A stretch of DNA of 64,000 bases, from assembly GCA_951406725.2 (NCBI GenBank), contig OX597840.1, positions 38,626,001 to 38,690,000 on the forward strand. The letters are read 5' to 3'. The stretch comes from Octopus vulgaris. Its lineage: Eukaryota. Shown here in pieces: positions 53,139 through 64,000 of the stretch. Position 1 is the first letter of the stretch. Each line of letters starts with the position of its first letter. Both the position numbers and the translations under genes were made by a program. The notes beneath the pieces were generated by a model, which was given only the letters and a program-made list of their open reading frames with translations, did not search any database and was not told the origin of the DNA.

Positions 53139-53539
53139 TAAATATTTGATATAGCAATTTTATCTCATATCACAAGTAATTTTGAATGATTTTTTTACGC
53201 CTCAGTTTTTATGAACTGATATTTCTAAGTTTCTAGTATTGATAAAAAAAGATTCTATTTACGAATAGGAAAATACATGTGCAAGCAATTCAGAGAAAAA
53301 TTTTTTTTTAAATGCGTAAATAACATTGCATGGAAATATACGACTAAACGGAAATTATTACATATTAATATTGAAGTTGGATTGCGAGATAAGAAAGCAT
53401 AGAGATTTGTAGCTTTTTGTATGATTACATGGCAATGCTATACACAAGTATGGAGACTATAAGAATGATGTTCATGCCTCTGATGGGAACCAATAGGGTT
53501 CAAAAATCAATTAAGATCGTTCATCATTTGAAGAAAAAA

Positions 53540-53766
53540 GGCGGTGAGGTGGCAGAAACGTTAGCACGCCGGTCGAAATGCGTAGCCGTATTTCGTCTGC
53601 CGTTACGTTCTGAGTTCAAATTCCGCCGAGGTCGACTTGGCCTTTCATCCTTTCGGGGTCGATAAATTAAGTACCAGTTACGCACTGGGATCGATGTAAT
53701 CGACTTAATCCGTTTGTCTGACATTGTTTGTCCCCTCTATGTTAGCCCCTTGTGGGTAGTAAAGAA

Positions 53767-53768
<2 letters not shown>
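53540..53768 (+). mobile_element. SINE family B, full length
   Basis: GGCGGTGAGGTGGCAGAAACG..GGGTAGTAAAGAAATA. Confidence 0.95.
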
Positions 53769-53843
<75 letters not shown>

Positions 53844-53876
53844 TTTATACCTACACATATATTTATTTAAACATAC

Positions 53877-53937
<61 letters not shown>

Positions 53938-54175
53938 CAAAAGGGTAATAACATAGGTTATTATTACCAGTGGCCTAGCAAAAAAGACGAATTAGTCATT
54001 AGACAAAATAGTATTCATATAGAAATATAATAAAAGGGTCCCAAATAAGGAAGCTTAGTCCTAGAGACACAAAGAGGGATAAAATCATGGAGAGAATGAA
54101 AATCAAAAACATTTACCATTAACGATATATCCCGGACTGATCAGTTTCTACCTCTTTCTAGCAAAACAGACAGAA

Positions 54176-54249
<74 letters not shown>

Positions 54250-54793
54250 CATATACATATGTACGTATATATATATATATGTGTAGACTGTGCTTAATGA
54301 AAGGAACAGTGCCGTGACTAATACAGTAGTAAGTAGTACCAGTTAAGCACTGGGGTCGATGTAATCGACTTAATTCGTTTGTTTGTCCCTTCTATGTTTC
54401 GGGTAGCAAGAATGTTCATAGAAATATTTTCTATTTTCGATGAATATTCTTGCTACCCTAAGATTTTAATTAATGATAAAATGTTTTTGGGCTGAATCTG
54501 GAAGAAAATCGACAATTTACTTTTTTAGTGCTGGTTGACTTCCGCTTCTGCGCGGTAGATAAGAAAAATTAGAACCTATAGACACGTGGCGGGTTATTTA
54601 TCGATCCGTGCCTATGTGTTCAGTCCTGGCAACCTACTGAGGAAGAAGCGCCAGATATAGACTGAAAGTATTTTATTTCAGTTTGTATTTATGTCTGCAG
54701 AAACCTTGCAGGGTCTAGGATTAAGGTAAATGTTTTTATTTTTCAATCACTTTCGGAATTACAACAATTGGTGGCTTGGAGTTTTAACTTAGA

Positions 54794-55171
54794 GGAAGCA
54801 CTCCGTCGGTTACGGCGATGAGGGTTCCGGTTGATCCGAATCAACGGAACAGCCTGCTCGTGAAATTAACGTGTAAGTGGCTGAGCACTCCACAGACACG
54901 TGCACCCTTAACGTAGTTCTCGGGGATATTCAGCGTGACACAGAGAGTGACACGACCGGCCCCTTGAAATACAGGTACAACAGAAACAGGAAGTAAGAGT
55001 GAGAGAAAGTTGTGGTGAAAGAATACAGCAGGGATCACCAACATCCCCTGCCGGAGCCTCGTGGAGCTTTTAGGTGTTTTCGCTCAATAAACACTCACAA
55101 TGCCCGTTCTGGGAATCGAAAGCGCGATCCTATGACCGTGAGTCCGCTGCCCTAACCACCGGGCCATTGCA
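54794..55171 (-). mobile_element. SINE family C
   Basis: Reverse complement of 7785-8160. Confidence 0.95.
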
Positions 55172-55587
55172 CATATATGAATCCGATCCCAGTGCTCGCT
55201 CTTCTTTCTGTGCATATCTTTACAAAATTTTCCGTTTGAGTATAACAGGCTATTATTGATCAAACTAATATCTATTTATTTGACGTGGTTCAATTATTCG
55301 AATTTAAAGTGTATCCCCTGTGATATACCATCGTTGATTTCACTCGTATCTAAAGACTTATGTGAAAAACTGCTCATAAATAATACAGTTACTGAGTCAG
55401 TTATGCATGAGTATGCAAATTCCGTATGTTTCTGTCATACGTTTGCTAATTAATATTGCGTGTTTTAAAATTAATTAACACAGCTGTAGGTTTCATCGAT
55501 TAAATTTCAGTGTGAACAACAAGGAGGAATTGGAATAAGTGAGGATATGGAATAAGTGATCAAAATACGCCGAAGTATCATCATGAT

Positions 55588-55833
55588 CATCATCATCATC
55601 ATCATCGTTTAACGTCCGTTCTCCATGCTAGCATGGGTTGGACGGTTCGACCGGGGATCTGGGAAACCAGAAGGCTGCACCAGGCTCCAGTCTGATCTGG
55701 CAGAGTTTCTACAGCTGGATGTCCTTCCTAACGCCAACCACTCCGCGAGTGTAGTGGGTGCTTTTTACGTGACACTTGCACAGGTGCCAGCCGAGGCTGG
55801 CAACGGCCACGGTCGGATTGGTGCATTTTACGT
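55588..55833 (-). mobile_element. Nin-domain-like SINE 3' fragment
   Basis: Minus strand GGTTGGCGTTAGGAAGGACATCCAGCTGTAGAAAC, ending GGACGTTAAACGATGATGATG tail. Confidence 0.7.
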
Positions 55834-55939
55834 ATATGTAACAGAAAGAATTTTAAATCCATCTTTTTCCATCTTCTCTACCTCCTTCTCCTCTTTCTCC
55901 TCGCCATCATCAGAATCATCAACATGTCTACAGCGTAAA

Positions 55940-56453
55940 TCTTTATATATAAAACTGTAGTTGTGTGAGTGTCTGTCTCCTACGATTTAGATTCCTAACT
56001 TCTCCCACATTTTGCGGTGCAGTTTAACCAAATTCGGGTATCTTATAGTCGTGATTCATATCGAGCCCTTCTGGGTATTAGCGCGCGTCTACGATGAGTC
56101 TACGATTTTAAAAATAATTTACCATAATTTTTTTCCATTTTAACGCATATTTTTTCGTGTGTCGATGGCAGCGGAGTTGGCGTCCATGCTCACACCTGCA
56201 CCTGAGTTGCTTCTCCCCCTTCTTCCCTCCCTCGTGAAGTTGTGGGGAAGGGAGTGTAAGGAAATCAACGTCGTAAAGCGTTGTCAAGGAGACCAGCGTT
56301 CTTTTAGAACAACGACTTCATGGCTTGAAGTCGCCAAAAAATAAATCGCTAAAAAACCTGAAACAGATCCACAAAAACGGCAAAAACCGCCACACATGGC
56401 AGGTTTCCTGTGCAAACAATTTGCACAACCGAATGTTTTAGTTGTTGCACAAA
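55940..56453 (+). mobile_element. Helitron 5' arm (H1-related) without its own 3' end
   Basis: A|TCTTTATATATAAAAC start; the first ~210 bp match H1, then unrelated sequence up to the next Helitron. Confidence 0.8.
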
Positions 56454-56852
56454 TCTTTATATATTAAAGTGAAGTTGTGTGTCTGTTTCCTACGATTTAG
56501 ATTCCTAACTACTCCCACATTTTGCGGTGCAGTTTAACCAAAACCGGGTATCTTAGAGTTGTGATTCATATCGAGCCCTTCTGAGTATTAGCGCGCGTCT
56601 ACGATGAGTCTACGATTTAAAAAAGAATTACCATCATTTTTTTCCATTTTAATGCATTTTTCTCGCTATTAAATAAGGCAAGTAACTCTCTAAAAATGTC
56701 TACGATGAGTCAACGATTTAAAAAAAAAATTACCATCATTTTCTTTTCCATTTTTAATGCATTTTTTGGCTATTTTTTGGCTATAACTCTCTAAAAATGC
56801 TTATATAGTTATTTCCCTTACAAACCCGAGCAAGGCCGGGCGATACTGCTAG
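56454..56852 (+). mobile_element. Non-autonomous Helitron (family H1)
   Basis: A|TCTTTATATATT ... CCCGAGCAAGGCCGGG ... CTGCTAG|T. Confidence 0.93.
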
Positions 56853-57036
56853 TATATACTAAACAAGACTTACGTAAGAAAGCGTAGATACTTCTGTGGG
56901 ATCACGAAGCCAAAAAAAGCTATAAAAACAAATCGCCTCAAATTACACACAACAAGATGACAAAGATGACACGAGGCTTCGTGTTACGTAAAACCCACAT
57001 GACCATCGCAGATGAAGTTCTTATGAGTTTATTACT

Positions 57037-57079
<43 letters not shown>

Positions 57080-57379
57080 CTCTGTCAATCTCTTTCTATA
57101 TATCTCACTCCCACATTAGAGTTTGTAACACAACATTATCATCATCATCATCATCATCAACAACAACAACAACAACAACAGATGTACAGCAATAGAACAT
57201 GAACTTCCACGTTTTATCGTTTCACACTTGCATCTCTTAGCATGTTCTTGTATAAACGTGAAAAAAACACTTCTATATTCTTCGCATCAGAGACGTAACC
57301 TTCAAATTTCTTCAAAGGGAATCGAAATTACCGTGGTATTTCACTAGGTGACTTTGAAAATCTACAGGATATACATTAG

Positions 57380-57413
<34 letters not shown>

Positions 57414-57523
57414 TGTATGTATGTATGTATGTATGTATGCACGCATGTATGTATTCATGTATGTGTATGCATACATATCTATACACATACATATATATAT
57501 ATATATATTTATATATATATGAA

Positions 57524-57727
57524 CGACGAGGTGCTAAGGTGTTCCTGACTTTTAGGGTATCGCAAAAGGACTGGCTGGTGATCGGAAACCCTGAGTTCTT
57601 TACCAGAGCTTAGAAAGACTGAAGGATCGTCATGGTAAGTGTATGAATCTGAGAAGAGAATTAGAATTTAATGATTCTCCTGTATTTTCTTTTTACACAA
57701 AGCCAAGAACTTTTCAGCACACCGTCG
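57524..57727 (+). mobile_element. Mariner-derived MITE
   Basis: Imperfect ~29-bp TIRs CGACGAGGTGCTAAGGTGTTCCTGACTTT and AAAGCCAAGAACTTTTCAGCACACCGTCG|TA. Internal [18 protein letters not shown] resembles the mariner transposase C-terminus. Confidence 0.75.
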
Positions 57728-57806
57728 TATATACTTACACACCACACACATCTGCACATCTGCAGTCATATATTCATTCAACCATGTACACACACACACA
57801 TACACA

Positions 57807-57848
<42 letters not shown>

Positions 57849-57910
57849 CATATATATACATATATATATATATATATATGCTTATATATACATATATATA
57901 TTTATGTATG

Positions 57911-57950
<40 letters not shown>

Positions 57951-57969
57951 CATATATATATATACATAC

Positions 57970-58084
<115 letters not shown>

Positions 58085-58664
58085 TAAAAGTTGAATCAAA
58101 ATGAAAGCCCCGTGGGGGTTGCAAGCTGAGAATGTTGTACAATGACAAAAACAAAACCTAAATACCGAAGGGCATTGAGTTCAGAGATTCAGTTAACACT
58201 TAACGCAGCATCATCACCATCCTCATCATTTTCTTCATCGGTTACGTCACCATCACAACCACCATCACCACCATCACCATCACCATCGCCATCACTACTA
58301 ATCACAGTCATCTCAAAACGATTGTCAATTTTTCTTTTAAACTGAATCTAGATATCGCTTCGTGGAATCGACTTATACAATTGAAGGAGAAATTATTTAA
58401 ACTAAACAATGTATTCATTATTTTATGACTCATCATCTTGTTTTTTTATATTATTTTGTTACATTTTGTGTTTTTGGGTTTTTTTTCTTCGTATTATCAA
58501 TCTCTTTAAGCTAACAAAATGTAGTTAACAATAGTAAAAATATAATTTTCCCCACAGATCATTAATTTTGTTTTTGATACAGTCATGCAATCACGTCTTT
58601 CAGCGAAGAGATTCCGTGATTCCGTTTTTCCAGCGAAAATATATGAATGATAATAGTAGTAGTA

Positions 58665-58754
<90 letters not shown>

Positions 58755-59149
58755 TGAAGAAGGAGAAGAGGGGAGCAGGAAGAGGAGGTGAGAAGAAGAA
58801 GAAGAAGAAGAAGAAGAAGAAGAAGAAGAAGAGGAGGAGGAAGAAGGAGAAGAAGAAGACCTGACAATAGTGATGGTGATTATTTATTTATTTATTTATT
58901 TAATTGGCTACACGTGTCAAGGTCAATGAATTCTGTGCAAGGGCAAAGTTCAACAAACTGAGAAGTGTAGGGGCGGAGTTTACATCGATTAAAATGGTGG
59001 AACCAACAGTAGCCATAGTGAATTCATGAATTTATAACAACAGTATTGTAGTAAAAGTAGTAGTAGTCGTAGTGGTAGTGGTGGTGGTGGTGGTGGTGGT
59101 TCAGTGGCACTTTCTGTGAGTGTCAGATGATGTCACAGACTAAGTCGAG

Positions 59150-59790
59150 ATTCGCATGTACAGATTCCATGTTTTGATTAGCCGCGTTCTATGAACACGA
59201 ATAGTCGAAGAATTTTTTCAGTATATTTGGGATAGCAAAGAATGCTCTACAGCTCTTTCTGAACTCAGTATGTGACAATGGAAAACCAAACTAATATCTC
59301 TTGTAGATAGTTTAGGTGACGTCTGAAGAATGAAGGAATTATTCCTATGGAATAAACTTTCGCTGTTGCTATTCCTAGTTGCTTTCATTCCTCTTACGTT
59401 AACAATGAAAGGGCTTAAATCGTTCTCCGAATTTGGCAGTGATGAGAAAATAAACCCCTACTTGTTTATCGATGACCTGAAATTATTTGCGTAATATGTT
59501 AAAGCTTTAGATCCATTCGTCGAGATTGTAAGATTTGTGAGGGATGCCATCGATATCAAGTTTGGATTAGGTAGGTGTTTGGTGGTGCCAGTATGAAGAG
59601 AATTATCCAAATCAGAGGGAAGTAAATGAGTTCTCATACGAGAAATTAAACAATGTTATAAATGGATGAAGGTGGCATTTACATGTACCTTGGATTATTG
59701 CAGGTAGATCTTTATCTCTGTCAAGAAGCGGAAGGGAGTGGATATTAAAGGAATGAATACTTAAGGAAAAAGAAAAAATATCCTAGGCTG
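59150..59790 (+). mobile_element. R4/Dong-type LINE RT relic
   Basis: LSLLLFLVAFIPLT..EFGSDEKINPYLFIDDLKLFA..DIKFGLGRC, then a YMYLG segment, with stops. Confidence 0.8.
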
Positions 59791-60726
59791 CTGGAGAATG
59801 ATCTCAGCCTGAAAAACATAGAATGTGTCTTTAATATATGAAAGAAGGAAGTAACCTCAAAAATGAAGACTCATCGAAGAAGAGCAATAGGCGAAGAGAA
59901 AGAATTTCTTCAAAAGAAAACTAACATTCTTCAGGGTAAAACATTTATAGCAAATGGTGGAAGCAAAGATGTAATGAATTATTTGACCTTGAAAACTTAG
60001 GAAAAACAATTGATCAAAATATTAAGTATCGTCTCCTTCCGAAGAATTTAGAATGACGAAATGTTCAGAATGCAATGAACACGTAAAAGATGAAAATATT
60101 GGGAAAAATAAAATCGAGACATTACAATTACATTGAATGTAAATGAGTATTCATTGAAGATGTTGAAAGTTTTCAAAGCGAAAAGCTGCGAAAATGTTTA
60201 CCGGTGCACATGGCTGCGCAGGTGATCAATTCAAGAATTATTTAATGGAACGGTCGTTCAGTGCGCAAATTCAAACACGCTGCTAAGCTTTCGTTGCTTT
60301 CATTTCTTTTATTTCCCTTTAATTATAAATTCTTTTTAACAATTGTGTTCGTTTCATTCTTCGTTTTATTTCCGTCTCACTTATACGTAAGCTCCATTCT
60401 CGTATTTCTAAACTAATCTTTTCTGCTCCACTTTTGGTTTTTAATCCCCAATCGAAGATTCGCAGGACTTTTTGTCAGCTGTGGCTACACAGGAGATTCT
60501 TCGGATTATTGTTGTTGATACTGTAGTAGTAGTAGTAGTAGTAGGGGCGGTGGTAGTGTGGCTGTGGTTGTGGTGGTCTCGGTGGTGGATGTGATCATGT
60601 TGGTGGTGATTATAACGGTAGCAGTAGAAGTAGGAAAACTAGTAGTAGTAATAGATGTAGTAGCGGTGGTGATGTTGGCTTTGATGATGGTGGTGGTGAT
60701 AGTAGTAGTATCGTTTACCTACCTGA

Positions 60727-61040
60727 GTTTATCGACCCCGAAAGGATGAAAGGCAAAGTCAACCTCGGCGGAATTTGAAATCAGTACGTAGCAGCAGACG
60801 AAATACCTATTTCTTTACTACCCACAAGGGGCTAAACATAAAGGGGACAAACAAGGACAGACAAAGGGATTAAGTCGATTATATCGACACCAGTGCGTAA
60901 CCGGTACTTATTTAATTGACCCCGAAAGGATGAAAAGCAAAATCGACCTCGGCGGAATTTGAACTCAGAACGTAGATGCAGACGAAATAGCGCTAAGCCT
61001 TTAGTCCAGCGGGCTAACGATTCTGCCAGCTCGCCGCCTT
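60727..61040 (-). mobile_element. SINE family B plus partial tandem unit
   Basis: Full copy at about 60808-61040, followed on the minus strand by a partial second unit with the same junction as at 17107-17130. Confidence 0.92.
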
Positions 61041-61531
61041 TGATTTCTTTAAATATTATTAAACATAATAATATATTCCTGTCTGTTCAATCGACACAAT
61101 AACCTCGTTTTGGGAAGACCTGGATTCGAAGATACTTGCAGTAATTTTCTTACACCTGATATCAAACACAGTTCTCGATATTCCAATGTCCAACGGCATA
61201 CAAACAACCGTACTCATTAATGAGCCGACAATACGAAAGTCATATATTCTTCACTGCAAACAACCCTAGCATTACGATTCAGCAAATAGTAGGCGGCAAC
61301 TAGTTTTCCATGTCACACTTTCTTTCATCTCTATCGCCATTGGTGATTCTGAGAACAAGATAGTAATCAGAATTCCCTTTTCTTTCTCTGGTTTGCTTTG
61401 AGTATCACAAAGCTCTCCGCCGGTTCTTTTGTTTACTTTCGCCCATTACGGCCTCATGTGAATAGTGTACTTAAATATTACTTTTTCCTTTCAGTATCTA
61501 TTCAACTTGGCTTAGAATATGTTCGACAACA

Positions 61532-61544
61532 ACATCTCTGTTTG

Positions 61545-61589
<45 letters not shown>

Positions 61590-61752
61590 CTCTCTATATA
61601 TATGCACATATATATATATATATATATTATATAATATATATATATATATATACATAGGCGCAGGCGTGGCTGTATAGTAAGTAGCTTGCTTAGCAACCAC
61701 ATCTCTGTTTGTACCTCTCTCTCTCTCTCTCGCTCTCTCTATATATATGCAC

Positions 61753-61825
<73 letters not shown>

Positions 61826-61869
61826 GGCGCAGGCGTGGCTGTATAGTAAGTAGCTTGCTTAGCAACCAC
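61532..61869 (+). repeat. Tandem duplication (~168 bp) including a SINE-A head
   Basis: ACATCTCTGTTTGTACC(TC)n..(TA)n..CATAGGCGCAGGCGTGGCTGTATAGTAAGTAGCTTGCTTAGCAACC occurs twice. Confidence 0.9.
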
Positions 61870-61978
61870 ATGGGTGTGGGTTCAGTCCCACTGCGTGGAA
61901 CCTTGGGCAAGTGTTTTCTGCTATAGCCTCGGGCCGAACAAAGCCTTGTGAGTGGATTTGGTACAGGGAACTGAAAGG
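61825..61978 (+). mobile_element. SINE family A, 5' half
   Basis: Head plus CTTGGGCAAGTG segment, truncated at (TA)n. Confidence 0.9.
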
Positions 61979-63514
61979 TATATATATATGTTTGAACTGT
62001 AATGTAACAAATTTTCCATTCCCTGTGGACGTACCTAAGTGGGAACCAACATTATCCAAAGATAAACAGTTGAAAACAACCATAAACGATACCAACCTAT
62101 CAGCTAACTAATACTTACCAAATACTTACATTATTTCGTGCACTTTTAACGAGCAATCCCCTAAAGCTGGCAAAGCAAGTAACATAAAAACACAAACGTC
62201 AAATACTGTGACCTACTTGAAGATTAAACCGTCACTTTCTCAAAAGAAGATGTAAATATTCTTTTAACATTTAAATAAGGTAAACAACAACCGAACTAAT
62301 TGACAGGTATGCCATTGAACAATCTACCTGCATCCTTTTGTGAACACCCACCACCTGCAGATAACACACCTATACATATACAAGAATTAATTCTGACAAT
62401 TAGCACTTAATCAATAAAACCTTTCTTGCCATAAAGAATTAATGTATCTTCAGCAGATCTCAATATACCAAAGAAAACTTTAACTTAACAGAAAGTATAT
62501 AAAGCCAAGAGGAATGTAGATGAATTCAAATCCGATGAGGACTTGGCTGGCGGGAAATTCGGAACTTCTGCATCTGTTCAAATGTATAAAATATGGAATT
62601 CCATATATGTTATTTTATCCTTTTTTTTTGTAGCTGTTCAAATTGATATTAGAAACAATTCTTCCCTAAGCTTAATTTCTGTCCCTCTACCCATCTCCCA
62701 GGACGGAAAATTATAAAAAACAGAAACAACTTGGAATTAATAAACTATAGTTCCTTCATTATCATCAACGACCAAAGAAAGACAACATAGATAGATTAGT
62801 TCTTTTATATCTTTCTTATATTTCAGCCATGCATCTTCAGTCTTACATAAGATGGCGTGTCTAAATACTTCCGGTGAAATGAATGGTATATCTAAAGACT
62901 CATTCTTCAATCAAATCTGCTCTTTCATAAACATCAAAAGACCAACGTTAAATGGGTTATCCAACTTTACGTCCATATTCACAAACTGAGATATTGCATT
63001 TCAAATTCTATGGAAAATCATGGACACATTCACTCTATTTATAAGTTTTGTTGTATAGTATCCGACTTTTGTTCACTGTTTGTAGTATGTTAAGCATACA
63101 AACTAGATTTATTTTTCTTCTTGTCGCATAGAATTCGTTTGTTTCTGAAGGTACTTAAGTGAGACATTATGTAGATTTTGATATTTCTAGGCAGATAATC
63201 TGCGAGAATGTATGAACTTGCAAATTGGCATTATTTAAATATCCGAAGGACGAATACTGGACAATCTAAAATCGGAATCTATCTAATTTCTTTAAGCATA
63301 TTGCAACACTGTGTATTTAAGTTACACCGTCGCACCTAGACCTACCTTTTATGAAAATGTTGATGAGGTTTTCAGTTGTCTTGTTTAAAATTATTCTAAT
63401 TCATCCGATGAACTGAATCAAACCATAAAAAAATTAGGGAGCGGTCTGAAAGACGAGTTCAAGTTATTCCAAAGCGTTCATGTTGAACCAACACTAAATA
63501 TAATACTTACTACA

Positions 63515-63910
63515 TCTCTCTATATATAAAGCTGAAGTTGTCTGTGTATGGCAGGTTTGGTAGTCTTCAGCTAACACTCACTATCTCCTCCGAGACCCTG
63601 CGGCGCTACTTGACCAAAATTGAGAGTATGATAGGAGAAGGCTTGCTCTTCTTTCCGTAGGAGATAAAATTCAAATCGGATCATGTTAACACCAAAGATT
63701 ATTTACATCAAAAAGGTGCTTTTTTTCTATGAAAATCCCTAATTTTTACGATATTTTTGACTGCAGTGTCGCCATTTTCCGGTGTATTTCAACCAGAAAA
63801 AATGTTCACTTAAATAATAAACAGTTACATAATTCAAAATTTTTACTTTTCCAAAATTCCAATTCTAAAGGGTCGAAACAAACTCGAAAAACACCAGGCG
63901 ATACTTCGAG
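63515..63910 (+). mobile_element. Non-autonomous Helitron (family H2), decayed 3' end
   Basis: A|TCTCTCTATATATAAAG start, homologous to 17843-18228; terminal CGAG|T and an eroded hairpin. Confidence 0.85.
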
Positions 63911-64000
63911 TAAATTATTAAAATCATGTCCCCAAAACGAACGTGTAATAGTAAATACACAACAGCTCTATCTTCTTATCAGGTTCAAAGTAAAGTGAGT

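Overview
AT-rich, repeat-saturated animal genomic DNA, intergenic or a large intron. The SINE families and microsatellite load look like an octopus (coleoid cephalopod) genome; this is inference, not a database match. No host protein-coding exon, rRNA, true tRNA gene or CRISPR array can be supported, and nearly all ORFs in the track are microsatellite translations. The window holds about 30 tRNA-headed SINE copies of several modular families (CORE-like, Meta-domain, Nin-domain). It also has six non-autonomous Helitrons (A|TC...hairpin-CTAG|T, two with decayed ends), a headless-tail Helitron 5' arm and a Helitron helicase relic. Other elements are three Tc1/mariner MITEs or deletion derivatives, fossil LINE pieces (R4/Dong, RTE/BovB, CR1) and Penelope-like (PLE) RT and GIY-YIG relics. 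The most interesting signal is a dispersed set of short, mostly (TA)n-embedded elements carrying minimal hammerhead-ribozyme folds. One is near-canonical (51151-51227, minus strand); the others have non-canonical cores but covarying stems. Also notable: an apparent serial same-site SINE insertion array, a composite Helitron and several long fold-backs. Edges of decayed elements are approximate.
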